Source of the DNA: Alphaproteobacteria bacterium
GTDB taxonomy: Bacteria > Pseudomonadota > Alphaproteobacteria > G965222575
Direction of reading: 5' to 3'
DNA: 64,000 bases
Assembly: GCA_965222575.1 (NCBI GenBank)
Contig: OZ244958.1
Coordinates: forward strand, 832,001 to 896,000
Both the position numbers and the translations under genes were made by a program. Below, one piece after another: positions 40,766 through 48,142 of the stretch. Every line of letters starts with the position of its first letter. Position 1 is the first letter of the stretch. The notes beneath the pieces are model-generated. The model had not been told where the DNA came from. It searched no databases and worked only from the letters and a program-made list of their open reading frames with translations.

Positions 40766-42372
40766 TCTATTACCTCAGAGAGGTGCTTCTTTTCTTCTTC
40801 ATCCGTTGTTTCTTTTAATGCCTCCTCTGCCAAATGGAGCGGTGTCCCCCCGTCCTTGTCCTTTGCCTTCACATATGCTTCCACTAGGAACACCACAATC
40901 TCCTTGTGTCCCTTAACGGCTGCCACATGGAGCGGTGTTGAACCGTTGTTGGCCTGTGCGTGGATATCTGCCCCCTTCTCTACAAAAAACTCCACAACCT
41001 CCTTGTGTCCATGTCTAACTGCCTTATGGAGCGGTGTTGCACCGTTGTTGGCCTGTACGTGGAGTGAAGCCCCCTTCTCCAAAAGACCCTTCGCTACTGC
41101 CTTGTGTCCATGTTTAGCTGCACCATGGAGCGGTGTTGCGCCGTTGTTGGCCTGTGCGTGGATATCTGCCCCCTTCTCTACAAAGAACTCCACTATCTCC
41201 TTGTGTCCATGTTTAGCTGCACCATGGAGCGGTGTAGTGCCGTCATAGTCCTGTGCATTCACAAAAGCCCCCTGCTCTACAAAGAATTCCACAACCTCCT
41301 TGTGCCCATTAGAGACTGCCCTGTGCAGCGGTGTCCCCCCGTCCTTGTCCTGTGCATGCACATTAGCCCCCTGCGCTACAAAGAACTCCACAACCTCCTT
41401 GTGTCCATTAGAGACTGCCCTGTGCAGCGGTGTCCCCCCGTCCTTGTCCTGTGCATTCACAGAAGCCCCCTGGGCTACAAAAAACTCCACTATCTCCTTG
41501 TGTCCCTCATAGGTCGCCTTATGGAGCGGTGTTGCGCCGCCCTTGTCCTTTGCATTCACCTCCGCCCCCTGCGCTACAAAAAACTCCACAACCTCCTTGT
41601 GTCCCTGATAGGCTGCCTTATGGAGCGGTGTCTCGCCGTTGCTGGCCTTCGCATTCCCCTCCGCCCCCTTCTCCACTAAAAATGCCACTATCTCCTTGTG
41701 TCCCTCATAGGCTGCTTTATGGAGCGGTGTCTCGCCGCCCTTGTCCTTCGCATTCCCCTCCGCCCCCTTCTCTACAAAGAACTCCACTATCTCCTTGTGT
41801 CCCTGATAGGATGCCTTATGGAGCGGTGTCTCGCCGCCTTTGTCCTTTGCATTCACCTCCGCCCCCTGCACCACTAGGAACGCCACAATCTCCTTGTGTC
41901 CCTCATAGGCACCCCAATGGAGCGGTGTCTCGCCGTCATAGTCCTGTGCATGCACATCTGCCCCCTTCTCCAAAAGACCCTCCACTACCTCCTTGTGTCC
42001 CTGATAGGTTGCCCTATGGAGCGGTGTCTCGCCGCCCTTGTCCTGCGCCTTCACATCTGCCCCCTTCTCCAAAAGACCCTCCACTACCTCCTTGTGTCCC
42101 TCATAGGCTGCCCAATGGAGCGGTGTATCGCCGCCCTTGTCCTTTGCCTTTACATCCGCCCCCTTCTCCACAAGAACCTCCGCCACTGCCTTGTTTCCTG
42201 CCCTATGGAGCGGTGTCTCGCCGCCCTTGTCCTGTGCCTTCACATCTGCCCCCTTCTCCAAAAGACCCTCCACTACCTCCTTGTGTCCCTGATAGGCTGC
42301 CTCATGGAGCGGTGTCCAGCCTTCCTTGTCCTGTGCATTCACATCTTCCCCTTTCTTCATAAGACCCTCCAC
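40738..42372 (-). CDS. Ankyrin-repeat protein C (about 16 repeats); 5' end appears disrupted
   Basis: Repeated DKGGxTPLHxAxxxGHKEVVEFFVEKGA; in-frame TGA just upstream; the junction-repeat ATG at 42457 is out of frame. Confidence 0.85.
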   Translation of the reverse strand: MEGLMKKGEDVNAQDKEGWTPLHEAAYQGHKEVVEGLLEKGADVKAQDKGGETPLHRAGNKAVAEVLVEKGADVKAKDKGGDTPLHWAAYEGHKEVVEGLLEKGADVKAQDKGGETPLHRATYQGHKEVVEGLLEKGADVHAQDYDGETPLHWGAYEGHKEIVAFLVVQGAEVNAKDKGGETPLHKASYQGHKEIVEFFVEKGAEGNAKDKGGETPLHKAAYEGHKEIVAFLVEKGAEGNAKASNGETPLHKAAYQGHKEVVEFFVAQGAEVNAKDKGGATPLHKATYEGHKEIVEFFVAQGASVNAQDKDGGTPLHRAVSNGHKEVVEFFVAQGANVHAQDKDGGTPLHRAVSNGHKEVVEFFVEQGAFVNAQDYDGTTPLHGAAKHGHKEIVEFFVEKGADIHAQANNGATPLHGAAKHGHKAVAKGLLEKGASLHVQANNGATPLHKAVRHGHKEVVEFFVEKGADIHAQANNGSTPLHVAAVKGHKEIVVFLVEAYVKAKDKDGGTPLHLAEEALKETTDEEEKKHLSEVIEYLKSKGGQ

Positions 42373-42449
42373 TATTGTCTTGTGCCCATTAGAGGCTACT
42401 AATCATGGATAAGAAGGTATAATTAAGAAAAGGATAAGAAGGTATAAAT

Positions 42450-42550
42450 ATTGTCATGTTGTTAGGGTATGACTCTCTCGGGTTTCCTATCAAGTCAAGC
42501 CCCTAAGGCACAAAGGCTAGATTACTTACGCCCCCTTGCTTTTCAGATAC
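42450..42550. repeat. Ankyrin-array junction repeat, copy 3 (diverged)
   Basis: attgtcatgttgttagggtatgactctctcgggtttcctatcaagtcaagcccctaaggcacaaaggcta. Confidence 0.85.
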
Positions 42551-43947
42551 GCTATCACCTCTTTTAAGCGCTTCTTTTCTTCTTCGTCTGTTGTTTCTTT
42601 TAATGCCTCTTTTGCAATATAGAGCGGTGTTGCGAAGTCCTTGTCCTGTGCGTGGATATTTGCCCCCTTCTCCTCTACAAAGAACACCACTACCTCCTTG
42701 TGTCCCTTCAAGGCTGCCACATGGAGCGGTGTGATGCCGTTATCGTCCTGTGCATTCACATCTGCCCCCTTCTCTACAAAGAACGCCACTACCTCCTTGT
42801 GCCCCCTTAAGGTTGCCATATGGAGCGGTGTTGCGCCGTCATTGGTCTTTGCCTTCATATCCGCCCCCTGGGCTACAAAGAATACCACTTCCTCCATGTG
42901 CCCATTCAAGGCTGCAAAATGGAGCGGTGTCCAGCCGTACTCATCGTCCTGTGCATTGGCATCAGCACCCTTGCTCAGATACGCCACTACCTCCTTATGC
43001 CCATGGGTGGCTGCCAAATGGAGCGGTGTCATGCCTTCATCGTCCTGTGCCTTCACATCCGCCCCCTGGGCTACAAAGAACGCCACCACCTCCATGTACC
43101 CATAGATGGCTGCCAAATGGAGCGGTGTCCTGCCGTCCTCGTTCTGTGCATTCACATCTGCCCCCGCTTCCACTAGGAATGCCACCACCTCCTTGTGCCC
43201 CCTTAAGGCTGCCACATGGAGCGGTGTATTGCCGTCATAGTTCTGTGCATTCACATCTGCCCCCTGCAGCACTAGGAACGCCACCACCACCTTGTGCCCA
43301 AAAAAGATTGCCCCATGGAGCGGTGTATAGCCGTCATTGTGCTCCTTTGCATTCACATCCGCCCCCTGCACTACAAGGAATACCACTTCCTCCATGTGCC
43401 CTATTAAGGCTGCCAGATAGAGCGGTGTATAGCCGTGCTCGTTCTTTGCATGCACATCTGTCTCCTTGCTTTTCAGATACGCCACTACCTCCTTGTGCTT
43501 CTCATAGGCTGCCAAATAGAGCGGTGTTAAGCCGTGCTCGTTCTGTGCCTTCACATCTGCCCCCTTCTCTACAAGAATTTCCACTATCTCCTTGTGCCCC
43601 GCATAGGCACCCATATGGAGCGGTGTATTGCCGTCCTCGTTCTGTGCATTCACATTCGCACCCTTCTCCACTAGGTACTCCACAATCTCCTTGTGCCCAA
43701 GGGTGGTTGCCATATGGAGCGGTGTATAGCCGTCCTCGTTCTGTGCATGCACATCCGCCCCCTTCTCCTCCACTAGGAACACCACTTCCTCCTTGTGCCC
43801 TTCTAAGGCTGCCCTATGGAGCGGTGTCCAGCCGTACGGACCGTCCTGTGCATTCCCCTCCGCCCCCTGCGCCACTTCATGAATTGGGGCGCAAAAGCCT
43901 TCACTCATAGCAAACAAAAAGACAACACAAATAAGTAAACGGCTCAT
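42526..43947 (-). CDS. Secreted ankyrin-repeat protein B (about 13 repeats)
   Basis: Signal peptide MSRLLICVVFLFAMSEGFCAP, TPLH repeats, C-cap ALKETTDEEEKKRL; GAGGAG RBS. Confidence 0.93.
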   Translation of the reverse strand: MSRLLICVVFLFAMSEGFCAPIHEVAQGAEGNAQDGPYGWTPLHRAALEGHKEEVVFLVEEKGADVHAQNEDGYTPLHMATTLGHKEIVEYLVEKGANVNAQNEDGNTPLHMGAYAGHKEIVEILVEKGADVKAQNEHGLTPLYLAAYEKHKEVVAYLKSKETDVHAKNEHGYTPLYLAALIGHMEEVVFLVVQGADVNAKEHNDGYTPLHGAIFFGHKVVVAFLVLQGADVNAQNYDGNTPLHVAALRGHKEVVAFLVEAGADVNAQNEDGRTPLHLAAIYGYMEVVAFFVAQGADVKAQDDEGMTPLHLAATHGHKEVVAYLSKGADANAQDDEYGWTPLHFAALNGHMEEVVFFVAQGADMKAKTNDGATPLHMATLRGHKEVVAFFVEKGADVNAQDDNGITPLHVAALKGHKEVVVFFVEEKGANIHAQDKDFATPLYIAKEALKETTDEEEKKRLKEVIAYLKSKGA

Positions 43948-44012
43948 CCTCTCCTCGCAAAATTTCTATACATTAGTCTATCCTTTCTTTGTAGCGTTTG
44001 CAATTAAGATAA
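43884..44012. repeat. 129-bp duplicated leader (upstream region plus signal peptide), copy 1
   Basis: Matches 44933-45061 with two mismatches. Confidence 0.9.
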
Positions 44013-44054
44013 CGCCGCCACTTTGTCCAACTTGACCGCTCTGTGGAGTAAGGT

Positions 44055-44121
44055 TCTGCTCTCCTGTCAAGTCAAGCCCCTAAGGCACAAAAACTATTGC
44101 GCCCCCTTGCTTTTCAGATAC
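44055..44121. repeat. Ankyrin-array junction repeat, copy 4 (partial)
   Basis: tctgctctcctgtcaagtcaagcccctaaggcacaaa plus the conserved gene 3' end. Confidence 0.85.
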
Positions 44122-44996
44122 GCCACTATCTCCTTGTGCTTCGCATAGACTGCCAAATGCAGCGGTGTATTGCCGTGCTCGTTCTTTGCATTCACATCTG
44201 CCCCTGCCTCCACAAGAACTTCCACTATCTCCTTGTGCCCCGCATAGGTACCCAAATGCAGCGGTGTATTGCCGCGCTCGTTCTTTGCATTCACAGAAGC
44301 CCCCTTCTCTACAAGAACTTCCACTATCTCCTTGTGCCCCGCATAGGTACCCAAATGCAGCGGTGTATAGCCGTCCTTGCCCTTTGTATTCAAATTCGCC
44401 CCCTTCTCTACAAAGAACACCACTTCCTCCTTGCGCCCTTCTAAGGCTGCCTCATGGAGCGGTGTATTGCCGTCCTTGTTTTTTGCATTTACATCTGCCC
44501 CCTTCTTTACAAGAACTTCTACTATCTCCTTGTGCCTAAGGGTGGCTGCCCTATGGAGCGGTGTCACGCCCTCCTTGTCCTTTGCATTCATATCCGCCCC
44601 CTGCTCTGCAAGAACTTCCACTATCTCCTTGTGCCTAAGGTAGGCTGCCCTATGGAGCGCTGTAGTGCCGTCCTTGTCCTTGATATTGATATCAGCCCCT
44701 GCCTTCACAAGAACTTTCACTACCTCCTTGTGCCTAAGGTAGGCTGCCACATGGAGCGGTGTCCTGCCCTGCTTGTTCTTTGCATTTACATCCGCCCCCT
44801 GCGCCACTAAGGATGCCACCACCTCCTTGTACCCACTAGAGGCTGCCCGATGGAGCGGTGTAGTGCCGTCCTCGTCCTCTGTATCCTGTGTATCCTCTGT
44901 ATCCATAGAAGCCCCATTCTCCTCTTCTTCAGTTGGGGCGCAAAAGCCTTCACTCATAGCAAACAAAAAGACAACACAAATAAGTAAACGGCTCAT
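44094..44996 (-). CDS. Secreted ankyrin-repeat protein A (8 repeats)
   Basis: Same signal peptide as gene B, acidic linker, eight TPLH/TALH repeats, ends YLKSKGAQ. Confidence 0.93.
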   Translation of the reverse strand: MSRLLICVVFLFAMSEGFCAPTEEEENGASMDTEDTQDTEDEDGTTPLHRAASSGYKEVVASLVAQGADVNAKNKQGRTPLHVAAYLRHKEVVKVLVKAGADINIKDKDGTTALHRAAYLRHKEIVEVLAEQGADMNAKDKEGVTPLHRAATLRHKEIVEVLVKKGADVNAKNKDGNTPLHEAALEGRKEEVVFFVEKGANLNTKGKDGYTPLHLGTYAGHKEIVEVLVEKGASVNAKNERGNTPLHLGTYAGHKEIVEVLVEAGADVNAKNEHGNTPLHLAVYAKHKEIVAYLKSKGAQ

Positions 44997-45061
44997 CCTC
45001 TCCTCGCAAAATTTCTATACATTAGTCTATCCTTGCTTTGTAGTGTTTGCAATTAAGATAA
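44933..45061. repeat. 129-bp duplicated leader, copy 2
   Basis: Matches 43884-44012 with two mismatches. Confidence 0.9.
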
Positions 45062-45251
45062 TAACGCCTCTTTGTGCAACTTCACCGCAAGAGCCTTTAT
45101 TAGAGACTTTTTTCACTTGAAAAAAGAAAATAAAAAAACGCTAGGCACTCTCAAAAGTATATGCTATCTTTTACTCCCTGTTGGTATTTTCTTCGGGATG
45201 TGATGAGAGTCCCTTACAAGCAAGTCACACAATGATTGCACACTAAACGAT

Positions 45252-45446
45252 ATGGCACGTTTATCTCCTGGTCTGTTCGTAAGGCAGGTAAGGCAAGAAG
45301 TTTCTAAAATTACCTGGCCGACTTTTCGTCAAACCTTACAGGGTCTTATGATGGTGTCTATCATTGTTTTTTTCGCCGCCTTGTTTTTTCTACTCATGGA
45401 TCAAATCTCTCAGATTATCGTGCGCTTTCTATTAGGCATATTATAA
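45252..45446 (+). CDS. secE: Preprotein translocase subunit SecE
   Basis: FVRQVRQEVSKITWPT plus one TM; upstream of nusG. Confidence 0.92.
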   Translation: MARLSPGLFVRQVRQEVSKITWPTFRQTLQGLMMVSIIVFFAALFFLLMDQISQIIVRFLLGIL

Positions 45447-45465
45447 ACGGAAGTAACAACTAGTT

Positions 45466-45990
45466 ATGTCTTGGTATATTTTACATGTCAGATCAGGATA
45501 TGAGAAGCAAGTCTGTGAGACAATTCATAAACGCTTAGCCTCCGTTGGTATCAAGCAAAAAATTTCGGAGATTCTCATGCCCTCAGAAAAGGTAGTCTCT
45601 GTGAGACAAGGAAAAAAAGTGAATCGACAGAGGCAGTTTTTTCCCGGATATATGCTCCTTAAGATGGACATGACTGATGAGATGTATCAATTTGTCTCTA
45701 GGCTTCCTCATGTGTCCGGCTTTCTAGGAACAAAAGGGGTCCCTACAGCGATCACTGAGGAGGAAGTCGATGCTATTCGCACGAAAAATCAGGGAAATTT
45801 GAAAAAGACGGCGTCGGCTGTTCATTTTGATGTCGGCGAACAGATACGCATTTGTGATGGACCGTTTTTATTTTTTAATGGCTTTGTTGAAGAAGTCAAT
45901 GAAGAACGGAATCGTCTGAAGGTATCGGTAAAAATTTTTGGTCGTCAAACGCCAGTGGAATTAACTTACGCGCAAGTAGAAAAGCTATAA
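45466..45990 (+). CDS. nusG: Transcription termination/antitermination factor NusG
   Basis: WYILHVRSGYE, FFPGY, KOW region, IFGRQTPVEL. Confidence 0.96.
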   Translation: MSWYILHVRSGYEKQVCETIHKRLASVGIKQKISEILMPSEKVVSVRQGKKVNRQRQFFPGYMLLKMDMTDEMYQFVSRLPHVSGFLGTKGVPTAITEEEVDAIRTKNQGNLKKTASAVHFDVGEQIRICDGPFLFFNGFVEEVNEERNRLKVSVKIFGRQTPVELTYAQVEKL

Positions 45991-45996
45991 AGATTC

Positions 45997-46422
45997 GTGG
46001 CTAAAGAAATTCAAGGATATATAAAAGTTGTCATACCGGCAGGGAAGGCTACGCCTGCTCCTCCTCTTGGGCCAGCTCTAGGACAAAGGAAAATCAACAT
46101 TATGGAGTTCTGTAAAGCCTTTAATACCCTAACTGCAAAAGACCCCCCCGGACAGCCCTTACCCACAATCATTACAGTTTACTCAGATAATAGTTTTGCT
46201 ATCAAAACAAAGGGGCCAACAACCTCTTACCTTATCAAACAGGCGCTTAAAATTGAAAAAGGCGGCGCTGAACCAGGACGAGTCATTGCAGGAAATCTCA
46301 AAGACACCCAGCTTACCTCCATTGCTAAAGACAAAATGAAAGACTTAAATACCTCTTCCCTTCCCGCCGCTAAGAAAATTGTAGCAGGGACAGCACGCTC
46401 CATGGGACTGGTGATAAAATAA
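45997..46422 (+). CDS. rplK: 50S ribosomal protein L11
   Basis: AGKATPAPPLGPALGQ, GTARSMG. Confidence 0.97.
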   Translation: MAKEIQGYIKVVIPAGKATPAPPLGPALGQRKINIMEFCKAFNTLTAKDPPGQPLPTIITVYSDNSFAIKTKGPTTSYLIKQALKIEKGGAEPGRVIAGNLKDTQLTSIAKDKMKDLNTSSLPAAKKIVAGTARSMGLVIK

Positions 46423-46439
46423 GCAAGAACACAGACAAC

Positions 46440-47141
46440 ATGACACCAAACCCCAGTAAGCGCTTTCAGAACATGACCCTGCAATCGGACAAAGTCTATG
46501 AACTAGCGGAAGGGATAGAGGTGATGCAATCCTGTGCTACAGCAAAATTTGATGAAACTGTTGAGATAGCAGTGAATCTCGGGGTGGATTCCAAAAAATC
46601 CACGCAAATGGTACGGGGGTTGGTACACTTGCCTCATGGGCGGGGAAAAACCTTGAAAATTGCTGTCTTTGCACAAGGAGATTCTGCACAGGAGGCCAAA
46701 ACAAGCAACGCAGACGCAGTGGGTGCTGAGGATTTGGTGAAAAAGATGGAAAAAGGGGATTGTGATTATGATGTGGTCATAGCAACCCCGGATTGCATGA
46801 GCATTGTTGGAAAGCTTGGCAAGATTTTAGGCCCTAAAGGCTTGATGCCTAATCCTAAAGATGGAACTGTCACAACAAGTGTCAATGCTACCATTGAAGC
46901 CTTGAAAAAGGGACAAGTCACCTTCAAAATGGACAAGGGCGGCGTGGTACATTGTCCCGTTGGAAAAGCAAGCTTTACAAAAGAACATCTAGTCAGTAAC
47001 ATAAGAGCCTTCTTATCAGCTGTCTTACAAGAAAAACCAAGTAGCGTCAAGAGACAATACATGAAGGATGTCATTTTATCTTCTACCATGGGGCCCGGCA
47101 TTCGCCTAAAAGCCACTAACCTTGCTGTGCTTGCTCCATGA
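46440..47141 (+). CDS. rplA: 50S ribosomal protein L1
   Basis: AKFDETVE, LPHGRGK, LGPKGLMPNPK, SSTMGPG. Confidence 0.97.
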   Translation: MTPNPSKRFQNMTLQSDKVYELAEGIEVMQSCATAKFDETVEIAVNLGVDSKKSTQMVRGLVHLPHGRGKTLKIAVFAQGDSAQEAKTSNADAVGAEDLVKKMEKGDCDYDVVIATPDCMSIVGKLGKILGPKGLMPNPKDGTVTTSVNATIEALKKGQVTFKMDKGGVVHCPVGKASFTKEHLVSNIRAFLSAVLQEKPSSVKRQYMKDVILSSTMGPGIRLKATNLAVLAP

Positions 47142-47641
47142 ACAGAGAACAAAAACAGGAGTTTGTCAAGCACTTGAAAGAGAGATTCACCGCACACTCC
47201 ATTCTCGTCGTGCAGTATAAAGGGCTAAAAACCTTTGAGCTTGAAGGGTTGAGAAAAGCTTTTCAAAGCAAAGGAAAATTGACTGTGATAAAAAACACTC
47301 TTGCCCGGCGCGCTTTAGAAGGCACAAACTTCCAAGACTTAGAGAACCTCTTCACAGGACAAACAGCAATCATTGGTAGCAATGATACTATAGCAACAGC
47401 AAAAATTCTCGTGGAGGAATCCAAAAAGCTACAGAACCTTGTCATTGTTGGGGGCAAGACAACTCTTGACGGAATGTTGACTCCTGAACAGATTAAACTC
47501 TTAGCCTCTTTACCCTCTTTAGAAGAAGCTCGTGGAACATTGGTGGGACTACTACAAAGACCGGCACAGCAGTTATTATCTTTGAAAAAAGCTGTCCTCT
47601 CAAAACTTCCAACCCTTCTCACCATAAAACCACAAGAATAA
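47138..47641 (+). CDS. rplJ: 50S ribosomal protein L10
   Basis: [27 protein letters not shown]. Confidence 0.93.
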   Translation: MNREQKQEFVKHLKERFTAHSILVVQYKGLKTFELEGLRKAFQSKGKLTVIKNTLARRALEGTNFQDLENLFTGQTAIIGSNDTIATAKILVEESKKLQNLVIVGGKTTLDGMLTPEQIKLLASLPSLEEARGTLVGLLQRPAQQLLSLKKAVLSKLPTLLTIKPQE

Positions 47642-47672
47642 AAATTCCACTAAATTCCAAGGAGAAAAAATA

Positions 47673-48053
47673 ATGAATAATCCCATTGAAAAACTTGCAG
47701 AAAATTTATCAAAACTCACAGTGAAAGAAGCGGTGGAATTATCCAAAATGCTAGAAGAACAATGGGGCGTATCAGCTGTTGCTCCTGCTGCTGTTACCGC
47801 CCCTGCTGCCACAGGAGAACCCACTAAAGAACAAGAAGAAAAAACCGCCTTTACCGTCGTCTTAACCGCTATAGGAGACAAAAAAATTAACGTCATTAAA
47901 GAAGTGAGAACAATTACAGGATTAGGCTTAAAAGAGTCCAAAGACCTTGTAGAGGCAACCCCAACCCCTCTCAAAAAAGAGGTCTCAAAGGAAGAAGCAG
48001 AAGACATACAAAAAAAACTAACAGAGGCAGGTGCTACAGTAGAGTTACAATAA
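47673..48053 (+). CDS. rplL: 50S ribosomal protein L7/L12
   Basis: [33 protein letters not shown]. Confidence 0.97.
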   Translation: MNNPIEKLAENLSKLTVKEAVELSKMLEEQWGVSAVAPAAVTAPAATGEPTKEQEEKTAFTVVLTAIGDKKINVIKEVRTITGLGLKESKDLVEATPTPLKKEVSKEEAEDIQKKLTEAGATVELQ

Positions 48054-48142
48054 CCTTATCTGAAAAATCTCTTGAAGAAGATTCCCGCTCCCTTCACGCT
48101 TCTTTGCACCACCCTTTGTCCATTGCTTCCTAAATACGTTCT

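Noticed and set aside
38437..44996. CRISPR-like periodic repeats
   Set aside because: The period is 99 bp and in-frame coding (ankyrin); no unique spacers and no cas genes.
38437..44996. Diversity-generating retroelement as the source of ankyrin variation
   Set aside because: No reverse transcriptase or TR/VR pair in the window, and differences are not evidently adenine-specific; an RT elsewhere in the genome cannot be excluded.
38432..45120. Many long plus-strand ORFs with repeated MERC/Pro-rich motifs
   Set aside because: Antisense shadows of the 99-bp ankyrin repeats; stop-free frames are propagated by the repeat itself.
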